64,000 bases of DNA. Origin: Podarcis liolepis (taxonomy: Eukaryota). The position numbers and the translations under genes were made by a program. Of this stretch, positions 22,541 through 60,024 are shown piece after piece. The notes under the pieces were generated by a model. The model had not been told where the DNA came from, made no database searches, and worked only from the letters and a program-made list of their open reading frames with translations. The DNA is taken from the NCBI GenBank assembly GCA_965112155.1, contig OZ218099.1; one strand, written 5' to 3'. The stretch's first letter is position 1. Each line of letters begins with the position of its first letter.

Positions 22541-24538
22541 ATTCACATAGGGTGACACATATGGAAGGCCGTTTCCCTAGTATAATACTGTTAGATGAAG
22601 AAGACAAATCAGCAAATCATCGCATGGCTGATGTCAGGCTTCCACATAATTTTGTTTTTCCGCTCTGAGGTGAAATGACGTTAAGCATGAATGAAGCACT
22701 CGACACACACAGCTAGTTGCCCCACTCCGCACAGCAGTGGAAACGTCATTTTCATGTATCAAAACGCTAGGAGAACGGATTAAGTGCGACGTGTTTGCTT
22801 TTGAAATGTATTCATATGCATAAATGTCCTGGACTTTGCAATCCCAGCAAAGGGCTGGAGCCGTCGGGTAATCTGCTATTTACCACAATAGGATATTGGA
22901 AAAGTGTGGCATACAAGGGTCAGTGACAGTGACATTTGAATCTCGTGCTGGCATATCAGATATGAGGAAAGGAGTTTGAACATCGTCATCCACTGATAGA
23001 GGAATGCACACCCAACTGTGAAATTAATCTATATTATTTCCATTACAATGAGACACCTCTATGAAAAATGGCATCTGGTAATTTTATCCTCACCAAGCAT
23101 GAGATTCATCTGGCAACAAAAGAACACTAAGCAGATGTTCATCCTGCTCATTTGACACAATAGAAATCAGCAGGAAAGAGAAGGCTGCTTCTTTAAGGTA
23201 CAGTTTTTTCTATATGGGGGTGGGTATGCATTTAACAATAAAGATCCAAAACATAATTATACACTATACAACTTACATCACTGATGTGAAACACTGCAAG
23301 GTTTCAAAAAGGGCAGCAGCACATAAGAGGAACCCACATAATTTATCCTTCTGTAACTTAAGCCTTTGGGGGTAAAAGATAGCAACTCTTTAGGGTAATT
23401 CCATACTGTATGGAATGTACTGTATGGAATGTAAGATTTCTTCATATGACATTTTGTGTATTAGCTAATATTATTTGAACTCCAATTAACATTAAACCAT
23501 TTGTTCATTAGCTGACTTGATCCTCTTAATTCAAAATAATCAGTAAGTATACTGCTGCTAATTTAAATGCTTACTTTTTACTATGTTTTAAAAACTCTGA
23601 CCAATGTAACAATTTTGCAACCTTACGAACAAGTGTTTTTGCTAAAAGTATGAATTGTTTTTTCCCTATCCTTGCCAATAAACATCTAATGCTTCAATAA
23701 GTGTCCAACTTATTGTAATGATCATTGGAGACTGTGGAAAGAAATATTTTCTGGCAAATGACCTGTGACCAGTGTTACATGAACAATCTAACAGACAATT
23801 CATTGATAGACTTCCTCAAATAAATGTCTGCAAAGCAAGACCAAAAGCAAGTGTGCATATGAGGTTAACTATGAATTCACCAGTTGTAGGTCAGCATCAA
23901 GCCCATGTGTGATGCTGTAATGCCCATGGGAATTTGCACTTAGCTGTGGCAACACCCTAATAATTTGTTCCTTGTTCCAAATTGAACATATACAATTTGT
24001 GAGGAAGACAAATGTCACAGAAATCCCTCTTTTTACAAAGAGGATGAATATTATGTTGCATCACATGGTCAATAAATTTTGTTTTCAAACTCAACAAAGT
24101 TGCCAACTGACAACAGTACTTCAGTAGCTGATTCTGCTTCTTTCTTTCTGCATTTTCTTTCAGGATATTCACACTTCATTATTCCCCCCGTTTATGGTGT
24201 TTATTTTATATTATGTTAAAATTCATTTATGCTTTGTGTAAAAGACTGCCTTCAACCATTTACAGTTGTTCACAACTGGACTTAACTGTCAGGGGTCCTT
24301 TACCTTTACCTTTTTACTGTCCCCTGAGGCAAGGCAAGAGAGCTTCAGCTCCTGGGGTTAATTTTTTTATCTCTAGATCAGGTGTGGGGAACCTCTTGCC
24401 TATGGGCCAGTCTTGGCATGCCAGACTTCCCCATTTGGCCCACGAGGTTATTTTGGGCAAGCCACAGCCAGCCACCCTAATCCTGATGTCAAACAGGTAA
24501 GAGTGGGGCTTGACCAATCATATTGTACAGCTCCTTTA

Positions 24539-24897
24539 AAGGTAAAGGTACCCCTGACTGTTAGGTCCAGTCATGGCCGACTCTGGGGTTGCGCGCCCAT
24601 CTCGCTCTATAGGCCGAGGGAGCCGGCATTTGTCTGCAGACAGCTTCCAGGTCATGTGGCCAGCATGACTAAGCCGCTTCTGGCGAACCAGAGCAGCGCA
24701 TGGAAACGCCATTTTCCTTCCCACCAGAGTGGTACCTATTTGTTTACTTGCACTTTGACGTGCTTTCGAACTGCTAGGTGGGCAGGAGCTGGGACCAAGC
24801 AACAGGAGCTCACCCCGTCACGGAGATTCGAACCGGCAACCTTCTGATTGGCAAGCCCTAGGCTCTGTGGTTTAGACCACAGCACCACCTGTGTCCC
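24539..24897 (-). mobile_element. Full-length Sauria SINE
   Basis: Perfect 12-bp TSD ACAGCTCCTTTA (24527-24538, 24898-24909), (ACCTTT)n tail; an isolated 3' tip of another copy at about 24277-24315 (+). Confidence 0.93.
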
Positions 24898-26685
24898 ACA
24901 GCTCCTTTAGTCCAAACATAAAGTTTATTTTGTTTACCCAAATGAGAAAGCAGAACTATCAGTACAATAAAGGGTCACTAACCTATTCTGTTTTATTGAA
25001 GAGGTTTTTAACCGAACTTTAGCGGGCGGGGGATAGAGGAATTTGGGTTGTCTTTCATAGCACACTTCTGGCTGCTTTACTCACATGAAAAAATCTGTTT
25101 TGTAAAAATGTTGTCAGATAATAAAACTCTGGAAAATCATCTTCAAAATGATACAGAACATGTTAACTATATGTGAATATAAAAAAATAGGTCTGCAGAT
25201 TGACCCTTAATCTCTTCTATGGGACAGCCCTTCAGGAGAGAAGACAAAAATGGGCACAGCCAATGCAAAGTGCTCTTGCCAACATGTGTCTCCAGGCACA
25301 GCAATGAATCCACGGGCACCTCTAAGGATGTTTACCTGAGGAACCAGCAAAAACTGAACACTAGACTATGAGATAAAAATAATAGTAGTGGGGGTAGAGG
25401 AAGAAACATCAGAAGAACAGGATGTTTTAATTAAAGGAAAAACATTCTGGAACAGGTTTTGCAGGGGAACAAAGAATGTAAGCTCACTTTATCCCAATCC
25501 CAAGGCTTTTGAGGCTGCCAGTGAGCTTGAACTAGTTAAATAAATTGAAGTCACTAAGTAGCAGAGAATCTACATCTCATGTGCAGTCTCTCAAAGTTAA
25601 AGGAATTTTATCCAAAAAGGGACATTACTGTACAGACTGCTTATTCTCGTCAGTGAGCTGTAGCGTAAAAATTGCTACTTTGAAAACTGCAGTATGGGAA
25701 CATATTGAGAAATTATCTTTGTGGCAAAATTTATTTCTCTAGGAAGTGAAGAAGTGATAGAACTTCAGCAACACAGTTGCTAGAAATATAGACAGTCATT
25801 TTCTTACATGTTCCATGAAGCTTGAAGATACACCAGTTAAGTGCATAATACGATTACCGTACCTGTCTGCATTGTCAGTGGCACTGATACTTTGTGTCAG
25901 TTCATAGTAATCAGAAATTTTGAAACATCCCCATACTGTAGTTAGAATTTTTTTCTTCACCCTGATTTGTCCAAGACTATACTGCGAGCTTCATCCAGAG
26001 GCACCACCAGGGCCAAAATATGCAGCAGAACACAGCAGAATGAGAAAAAGGGCCCCTCAACAAAGCAAGACTAGCGTACTATATTCTGAAGTAATACACA
26101 TTACCATCTAAAGAGCCCACATCCCTAACCTGCTCTCCATAAGAATAAGAATTTATTACTTATACCTTATCCACCATTAAGTCCAGGATATAAAATTAAC
26201 TAATTATACCAGTAGATCCGACAGTGTCCACAATGCCAGGCCAAAAGGTTGAAGAGGCGGCATCAAATCACAGCAGAGCCGAGGCTAATTAAGAACATAA
26301 GAGCAGCCACAGTGGACCACTGCCTCTGGAAGGCTTGCAATCAGGACATGAAAAAGTAATCCTCTCCTGTTGTTGACCTCCAGGAACTGCAAGTTTCATA
26401 CATACATCGTAACTAATATCCATTGATAGACTTATCCTCTGTGAGATGTGTCTAATTTCCTTTTAAAGCTATGAAAACTAGTAGCTATTATCACCTCTAG
26501 TGCCAGTGAATTCCATCAATTAATTTTTCATTGTGTGAAGAAATACTTCCTTTCGTCTGTTCTAAAGCTACCAGTCAATTTCATTGGAGTACCAGCACAA
26601 TCTCCTCAAATAAATCACTTCTTTCCCCCTCACACCATAACCTACACGAAAACTCAGTCAAGAACATTTTGCAGTCAATAGTCTA

Positions 26686-26691
26686 TTTAAT
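26686..26691 (-). terminator. Candidate GFPT2 polyadenylation signal ATTAAA
   Basis: About 950 nt past the stop, TGTA upstream and GT-rich tract downstream; alternative AATAAA at 27354-27349. Confidence 0.5.
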
Positions 26692-27639
26692 TGCATAGCG
26701 TTTTGGTTGTACAATAGTTAAATATAAACATACTGAGCTCACACAACAGCCTACTATGGTTAAACAATACTATTCAAGAACATGAAGATAATTTGGCTCA
26801 AGTAAATTGGTATTTTGTCAAAAGGAAATTTTCAGCAAAACACAACTAAATCTGAATGATGCTTAAGAAACTTTAATTCACAATAGTGCAGAAGTTGTAA
26901 AGTGTAGATAGATGAAAGGATCTGTGGAAATACAGATACAATCCCATAACAGTAAATAGGAAAGGTTAATATAATAGGAAAGAGAATTCCAGTTAAAAAT
27001 ACAAAGCACAAACAGTAAAAGAACTTGTACACAATTAGTAAAATCAGCCCACTACTACAGGCAACCAACATACTAAAAATAACTTAAATGCTATACATTT
27101 GTGTATATATAAATACTTTGTATTTAGAACTAAGGCAGCACTCCTATGCATATATACCAAGGAATAAATCCTACTGATTTCAGAGGGACTTACTTCTGAG
27201 TAAACATGTATGGATTCAGGCTGCATGTATAGTGTTGACTTATTCACAGTAACTCAAAAGTTATATACATATATTGCACAGTCGTAGAAATAGAAAACTG
27301 ATCATTAACCATTTGTAAACAATGCTTTTTCTTCCTTTCTTTGGCAATTTTATTATTTCAGCGATGTGGCAAGAGCACTTAGGTGCAAGGCAAGTAACAA
27401 ATATTTAAAGGCACATTAAAGATCACATTAAAAAATAACAACATTCCCAAATACTTTCCAGTTAGCAACAGATCCATTGTACTGGTTTGTGGTTTCCACA
27501 GCCCCAAACCCCACTGAAGTAAACAGAATTATGTTTACTTTGCTTTGTAGAATCAGCATCATCAAAACAGTCTGCTAAAGTCTCACTGACAGAAATTCAA
27601 TTTTGGATTATGGGTAACAAATATTCTACTGTGCAATGC

Positions 27640-51790
<24,151 letters not shown>

Positions 51791-53760
51791 GGTCGATGCT
51801 CGCTCGCCCGCCCGCGCGCAAGAAACCCTCCTTTCCTCTCGCCGTCTCCCGTCAGGTACCAGCAAAGCACGCCGAGCACAGCACCGCGTCGCTCCTCCGC
51901 CGGCCCCTTTTATAACGTGCCTTGGACCAGCCCCCTCGGCGGGTTCATTGGCTGAACGCGCAAGAAGGGAGTTCAGCGCCGTGTGGGGGGCGGGAGGCGT
52001 GGGGTCCCCGCTTCTGGCCGTCGCCCTCCCCTGTGGGGCCGAGCGCAGACGGGGTGAGAGGCGCAGGCGCGGACCCCTCGCGGCCTCGGCGCTTCCCTCC
52101 TGGCTTGCTACGGAGTTGGCGAGCAGCCTTAGGGCACCCTCAACCGGCGTGGCGACTCTGCAGTGAGCCGAAGGCGCCCGGTAGCGATGGAGTGAGGCGG
52201 GCGTGTCTCTTACTCGCTGCTAGTGGGTTTCACAGACTACGCAGGTCTCTTCCGGGGTGTCTTCGTCTCACAGCAACAACAACCCCGTAAAATACGTGAG
52301 GCTGAGAGAGAAGCATAGGAACATAGCTGTCAACTTTCCCCTTTTCTTGCGAGGAATCCTATTCGGAATAAGAGAATTTCCCTTTTAAAAAAAGGAAACG
52401 TTGAAGCTGAGCTCAGGCCTCATCGGTGCTCTTTAACACAGTCAGTCTTCTTGGGCCCATTTCGTTCTCTGAGTAGAACCCCAAGCTTTACGAAGCAGGG
52501 CCAAGTGCAAAAGTCAAACGATTAAGGAGCAGGGTCGATCTTCTGAGCACATTCTGTGCCTAAGAGTTTTGTTTCCAGTGCCAGAATGAACAGGGGACAC
52601 AGTCCTTTCACACAACAGGCCACACCTGATGTGATTTCTTCATTTCAGCTGCCTAATTTAGGCATGAAAAAGTTGTTTGGTTGCTTCTGCTGTTAAACAC
52701 TTGGGTGTGAAAAGCCTGTGCTGTTCTGCAGCAAATCACCCAGTGATCTACATTTTGCATCCTGATCAACATTCTGCCTCCCCTCTGGTCTGTCCTGACT
52801 AGCCATGGATCTGGATTTCAGTGACAGATTCAGTGACAGAATCCAGTTCTGTCTGGAGAAGCAAAGAACTGATATTGAGGCTCCCTGCATGCAAAGACTG
52901 AGCTATGGTCCATCGTTTGTAGAGAGTAATATAGAAGGCAGATGAAACTTTCCAGGTTTTAAATCTGGTGGTAGGGGTGGAAATAGCCAGAACTTAAAAA
53001 TGGAAAGCAAAAATGGTCAACAAAAGAGGTTTAAATACTCTCTCAAGGCAAATCTTTTAAAAAGTGATTTCCAATGCCAAAGAAGAAGAAAAAGCCAGAA
53101 TCACAGTGTCAGGCCTCTCTTCTGACTTATCCATGTTTGGTCTGCTGTCAAAACAGACCATTTGCATGTTTGTACAAAGAGTCTGTTTAGATTGCAGGCA
53201 GTATTCTTAGGTTGGTGGGGTGGGAATGCTCAGCCCACTCCCCCTGATCCCCCCCCATACCCATTTGGTCTGAAGAAAAAACTACAGGCATTCAAAATTG
53301 AGGCAGAAGTATATCCATTCCATTCTGATTCATTTGTTGTTCAGGGCACTAAATGTGTATTCAGACCAATTCCGTTCAGATTATCTTGTCTTTACCCTGA
53401 TTTGTCCAAGGTCATTCTGTGGGCTTCATCCAGCAGGTACAAGTCAGGGCAGGACTATGGGGCCAAAGCCCAGGGCCCCACTCAGCCAAATGAGTAGGGG
53501 AGCCCAAAATGCAGCTTGCCACATTTTAAACTGCATAGTATATGTTCCCATCAGGTGGGATTCAGGGCATAAAACCAAAAAGCTCAAACACTGTAAGTAC
53601 CACCGACTTCCTCACTAGCCATTGGTCTGAGTATAGATTTATTTGCTCATGGGTAATTATATAACTTACAGATAATTATATAATGTGCAAATAACCAACA
53701 AGGAATTCAGTACTGCAACGTAACAGTGGTGGCTGCTACCCTGGATTGCTTTTAATTAAG

Positions 53761-54072
53761 GTTGTTGTTGTTGTTTAGTCGTTTAGTCGTGTCCGACTCT
53801 TTGTGACTCCATGGACCAGAGCACGCCAGGCACTTCTATCTTCCACTGCCTCCCGCAGTTCAGTCAAACTCATGCTAGTAGCTTTGAGAACACTATCCAA
53901 CCATCTCGTCCTCTGTCGTCCCCTTCTCCTTGTACCCTCCATCTTTCCCAACATCATGGTCTTTTCCAGGGAGTCTTCTCTTCTCATGAGGTGGCCAAAG
54001 TATTGGAGCCTCAGCTTCACAATCTGTCCTTCCAATGAGCACTCAGGGCTGATTTCCTTAAGAATTGATAGT
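53761..54072 (-). mobile_element. BovB (RTE-clade) LINE 3' fragment
   Basis: LKLQYFGH-type C-terminus YFGHLMRREDSLEKTMMLGKMEG...HGVTKSRTRLND*, (CAA)n tail, possible TSD TAAGGTT. Confidence 0.9.
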
Positions 54073-56509
54073 TCAAAATAAGGTTAGACACAAATAAATA
54101 GCAGGTTCACTGATTGCTGTGAGCCAAGCCAAGCCAAATGGAGCATCCATGAAGATAGGCAGTGTACTTACGATTTCTGGATTCTTGGGGTAAACAACAA
54201 GCAGTGGCTATTAGATCATGCCCTGCCTGTCAACTTCCCTGAGGAAAGTGGCTCCCTGCCTGGACCGCTGTTAAAGTGCTGGACTAGATGAAGCTAATTG
54301 GACTCAGGTTAGGTTCTTATCTAGTTCTCTCAGTCACTCTTATCATTTATTGTGTTGGAGCTAATCAGGCAATCATTAGTGCCAGTGTTTTTCATAACAG
54401 GCTTCAGCCTTAATCTATGAGGTAATAATAAAGAAACTGACTTTGCTTCATGTTAACCAACTCCCATACACCTGAAGGATTACACTGTAATCTCCCGTGT
54501 CACAATGTACCGTATGACCTGACATCCCCCCTCGTGGCCTGAATATACATCAGTGTGGCACTTTTTAATTAATTACCCAAATATGGGATTGCACATGTTT
54601 TATTTCTTAAAATACATGGGCCTTCCTCATCTCACCCCTCCAGCTGCCTCCTACTTTGAAGGAATCATAATGGCTTAAAATACAAAACCATGCAAATTAT
54701 TTTAAGAGCTTTCCCTACAAAACATTAATTGCATGTAGTTAAAGGCTTAATTAAAGTCTTTGGTAGCTATATTGGTCTGATAGAATAAAAATAGATCAAA
54801 TGAGGCATAATGTGTTAACCAACTGATGCTGGAAATGTGAGCTCTTTTTAAATTTTTTTACTTGAAAGCCAGATTCTTTTTTTAACCTTTTTTTGATCTA
54901 ATAAAAGCTATTGCTTCCTGAACGTATCTGCTTTATTTTCATATTTTTGTGTTCCTTGTGATTCATATCTTTTTCACTTCACTGTCTATCTGAATACAGC
55001 ATCTAATTCCTTTTCGCTATCTCAGGGCTTGTCCACATTTGAGCATTACTTTGCTGTTAATCCACATTTCCCCCATTTTAATTAGACCGGAATAGTCTAC
55101 ACCCACACGTATTTGAATATGTATTTGAGGAGCAACTTTTGTCTTTCTCATTAATTCTATTTTGTTCTCTTTTGTGTTTGTCCTTGCCTTCTAATCTCTT
55201 GATTCCATTATGCCATTTAAGTACCAACAGGGCATGTGCACAGAGAAACCTTGGGTTTTTCTTTTAACTCTCTTAGACACACCAAAAGTGTGCAAAAACA
55301 TAGAGTTGGGCAATTGTAAATTTGCTTGTGTGATTTTCTGGTTTTGTGCAGATCTGAGGGATCAAAAAATATAAAGGACTAAACTCCTGGTGCCCATGTC
55401 TTGAGGTAGCAGTAGATGTGAGAAGGTCTGGTGCAGAAAGTGACATTTTATCCACCCACCCCAAAGCACCAAAATAAATTGCCTGAGACCCTGAGTGGAA
55501 CCTATTTCCACCCGTTTTATCAGATAAATCCTCATCAGGTAAATCCAGATTTACAGAGCAAAGCATTGAGACTGGTCTTGTTTGAAGGCAACATAATCTG
55601 GATTGCTCAAACACACAGTAAACCTCTGTGTGGGCAGGCCCTCAGTGGAAAAGATTAAGAGATTCAGTGCTGGCCAATGAGTTCTGGAATCCCTCTTCTT
55701 TGCTTGCCATCGTATTTGACTTGCCTGAAGTCCATATCTTAACTTGTACTTACAGTACCTGCTGCCACTAAACTTATTTGTGCTTTTGACTTGTATAGAA
55801 AAATCTTTTAAAAATTGTTTGTACTATGCCAGAAAAGCTGGAGAAAACAAAATGTTTACAGTTAATAGTAACTTCGCCACTGACTTCACCAGTATGCAGA
55901 TTGCCTTATTGAGGCATCAGTCCTCTGGACACTAATAAAATAATAATAATAATATAATAATAATAATAATAAATAATTTATTTATACCCCACCCATCAGG
56001 GGGGGGGTGTTTCCCCAGCCACTTATTGGGAGTAAGTGCCACTTGACACAGTGGAGCTGTTTCCTCAGAAATGAGTAAGCGTGCATGGAATGACTCTTCC
56101 AGAAATACTTGTGCAAAACTATCCCAACTAGCCACTGTATGAGGAAACAAAAGCACCAGAGCTTTCGCTCAGATGTTTGCTCACTTGGTGTTTTGCTTTT
56201 ATTTAGATCAACGAAATAAACAGCTTCTCTTCAGCATAATTTTGTAATTTCATAAATATGTAAAAGAAAGGAGAACAACTCCTTACAGAAACTTCATCAA
56301 ATACAAAAGCTTCGGGTGCTGCACAGGCTTTATGCAGAATGTATCAAATTAGTGCTAATTACATGGAGGCAGGATTTTAACCTACTCTATCACCCAGAGT
56401 GGAGAAAGGGACAAAACCGGAGATTTCAGCCACCAGGGGCTTCCAAAAGCCCAGGGAGAAGCAAAGCCAGGAGACAGATGTGCTTCAACTCAGGTTTTCA
56501 TTTATCTGT

Positions 56510-57090
56510 TTAGAGATTTATGTGCCTGCCTAGCATTTTTGACAAAAATCCCTAAGTAGTTTGCAATATATATATACTTAAACTACAGCAAATAAAGTAT
56601 TATAAAATAGAAGTAACAATCAGAATGTGATTGTAAGAAATTCATAATTTTAAACAGTAAGTCAGCAACTGAACAGGATAACACCCTCAGCCATTCAAAT
56701 AGCCCAGGGTAAACATCTCAGCTTTTAGGAAACATTTGAAGCATCCAACAAATGGCACTTCCTAAATCTCTTCTGAAAGGATATTTAGAGGGTTGGTGCT
56801 ATAACTGAAAAGCTCCATTTCTAAGAGGCTTCCAGGTGGCAATCTGCTGGCCTATAGTAGGGGAAGCAGTCTTCTAGGTCTGCTGGTCCTGAATTGTTTA
56901 GGGCTTTATGTATCAATCATAAAATCTTGAACTTGGTTCGGTAGCAGTTAGGCAACAGGCGCAAATCCTTAACCACTGTTGTAATATATGCATGGCTAGA
57001 TGTATCACTCAATTCACCATCCACAGCATTCTGCACTAGGTGCGGCTTCCAAACCAAGCACCAGGGCAGCCCTATATACATTGGATCATA
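56510..57090 (-). mobile_element. Old L2 LINE 3' fragment
   Basis: Translates as MYIGLPW...LVQNA...ITTVVKDL...KFKIL*LIHKALNNSGP, homologous to the C-terminus of the intact ORF. Confidence 0.75.
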
Positions 57091-59430
57091 GTAACCAATG
57101 CATGGACCAGTGTGGACAGACTATCCCTGCCCAGGAGTTACCAGAGCTGCCATACCAACCAAAGTTGGTAGTACACGTTTTTTGCCGGAGAGATTATCTA
57201 AGGAGAATATTGTGCTCAACTGGATCAAAAGTTGCTGAGAGATTCAGCAAGTTTAACAAAGTTGCATTCCTCGTCTTCCATCCATTAGGATTATCAAGGC
57301 CAAATCTGTCCCAAAACCAGGCCTGAACCTAGATTGAAATGAGCCCATATACCGGTAATCAGTTCCCTCTGAGAGTGCTTGCAGCTAAATCGCCACCACT
57401 TCAAACACCATTCCACCAGCACTTAAAACTCTCTATCCTGCTGTCAGAAAATATCCTGTGAATGTCTCCTCCATTAACCACAGACCTGATAATCTGATCT
57501 TTTTAGCCAGTCCCTCTGCTGAAGATTGCACCAAATGTTACAGAGAATCATATGCTCATGTATAAACACCCTTATTATAATTGTTCAGTTTTGTAATTCT
57601 TCCATTACTACTGTCCATCACACTCACTTTATACATGTAAATAGCTTTTTGAAAACAAGCATAATAAACCAATTCTATGCTTTACTGAATACATACTCTC
57701 TTTGCCCAATACATACTTTCATTTCATGAAATTATTTAGCATCTGGAATGAGTCATCCCTGGATTCGTAGATCCATAAATCCAAGAGCCATCTGTTCCAT
57801 GTTTTAAACGACTTATATTTCTGTGACAGGGCAAGCAAATAGTTGTTGTGCTTTAGATAATTAGCACTACTTGTATAATGAAGTAAGAGACCTGTGGCTC
57901 GTCACTGACAGAACCCAATGTTATCTACTCTTTAAAGAAACTTTGATCCCTTATCTCTGAAAGCCTTCTAAATAGAATGAGGATGGGAATGAAGGTTTGT
58001 TTACCAATGAATGTTGATAGAAAGCTCAAATTCCTTTACTTGGGAAAGAAATGCAACAACTACTTCTCATTAGTAAGCCATTATTTTATCATGCCAATTT
58101 ATAGTTGTACCAGTAATGTAGTAAGAAGGCACCAGATGAAAGGAAGATATTTGGAAGAGAGCTTGAGGGTACCAGTGGCCAACTGTTCATCCTTCTTCTC
58201 ACCTGACACTTTTGATCATTTACCTGTATTTCCCTACAGAATACACAAGGGGTTATGTAAATGTAATAGCCAAGAGTACATCCTTCACTGTGTTTTCATA
58301 TGGTAAAGCATTTCTCTTGGCCCTCTGGGAGAAAGAGAGCTGAGCATCTTAGGTTGCTTGCTGCCACCCAGGGATCTGATGTGGGAGCAGTAGACTGTGG
58401 CTTTGTGTTGAAGTGTTTAGGTTAAAGACCATGGACAAAACTTATATTCAATGCAGAAAAGCGTAGGAGCATATTGTTGATGAAAACAGGCCTCATCCCC
58501 ACCCTCCAAAAGTACACATGTGAATTCACACTTCTTTTTTGCACACGATAGCACTTTTGTACGTACTAGCCAGGATATGAGCAAAAGGGACAAAACAAAC
58601 AGGAATGGGCGTCAACTCTTGAAGCCTCAATTTACGCTAAATATCAGGAAAATTCCTAGAAAAAGTTAGGTAATGGCACAAACTGCCAACAGTGACTTTT
58701 TATCACTAACGCTAGTCAAGACTATGCTTGACACCCTTCTATCATGGATTATATAGTTGTTTATTTTATGAGACATGGGGTGGATCAAGAACAAGTCTTT
58801 TCCAGCTCAAACCATGTTGCTAATTCGCTAGCTAACAACAATTGAGTAAAATACTGATGGAATTACTGTTGACCTCATATTCCCAAATATTCAGTCTGCA
58901 TGAAGCTTTTCTTTTTTACATAGTCAAGATAGATAATTAAATGTTTCCCTTCCTTTACTAACAATGCAGCCAAACATCAGTCTGCTTCAGAAGTTACAGA
59001 TGTTGCATAGATATTCCTTGGTGTTTTTGTGGGATTCCTGCCACTCATATTGGTCAATATACACAAGGGAATGGGAAAGGCAGATGAGAGAAGAGGGTGG
59101 AGATAGTGGGGGAAATGAGGAAATATCTGCTCCAAATTTTGCCCTTCCAAAATGTCAAACATGTGTTTGTTTATCCTGTGCTTTCTTTGTTTTAGGCATT
59201 TTTAAACCTGTCGCTATTAGCTATCGATTGTTCTTTCTGAAATCAATGAAACTTTTTTTTATACATGCATTTTCCAAAAATTGTTGTTAAAGAAATTTTG
59301 TGATCATCTCCGCATCATAGGCTACTTCTTATGGGGAATTTTCCTTTTGTCCCTATTCCTGTATGTATGTATGTGTGTGGGTGTATGTATTGTCATGTAC
59401 TGTTATGAGCTTGTGGGTGCTAGACACTTG

Positions 59431-59733
59431 CTGCTCCCTTCCAGGGCCTTCTCCAACTGGCCCAGGGGGCGTGGCCCAGGCCCTTTCTCCCAGCTATAAA
59501 GGGACTCCTGCTGCAGGGAAGCCTCGGACCATCGGCTGGGTGAGGACTGCAGGGCCTGCTCCCTTCCAGGGCCTTCTCCAACTGGCCCAGGGGGCGTGGC
59601 CCAGGCCCTTCTCCCAGCTATAAAGGGACACCTGTTGCGGGGAAGCCTCGGACGATCGGCTGGCTGAGGACTGCAGGGCCTGCTCCCTTCCAGGGCCTTC
59701 TCCAACTGGCCCAGGGGGCGTGGCCCAGGCCCT
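59431..59733 (+). repeat. Tandem 124-125 bp monomers (about 2.4 copies) at the LINE 5' end
   Basis: Units start at 59431, 59556, 59680. Confidence 0.95.
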
Positions 59734-60024
59734 TAGTTGGAACAAACTTTTGGGGAAGCTGGGAAGTGTTCTGCAATTGCTTCCCTGTTCCAATGTGTTT
59801 TAAAATGTCCTCAAGCAGTCGGTGGCAATTTAAATTTGTATTTCTTTTTTTCCTTTTTTCTCTTGCTGGGGGTGGGTGGGTGTAATGGATATTTGGTTGG
59901 GGATTAATTTTAGTGTAATTGTTCTGTTTTTGTTTTCTGTTGTTTTATTGGTTCTGTATAGTTTGTGTTTTGTTTTTAAGGGGTGGGATCAGGGCTGCCT
60001 GGGAGTGAGGCCCCAGCCAACACG

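Noticed and set aside
23403-23432. Tandem duplication of tactgtatggaatg
   Set aside because: Two short copies only; ordinary slippage
59363-59793. Repetitive ORFs as a LINE ORF1, or the repeats as a CRISPR-like array
   Set aside because: They translate the tandem monomers, mostly antisense; units are contiguous with no unique spacers, and the DNA is vertebrate
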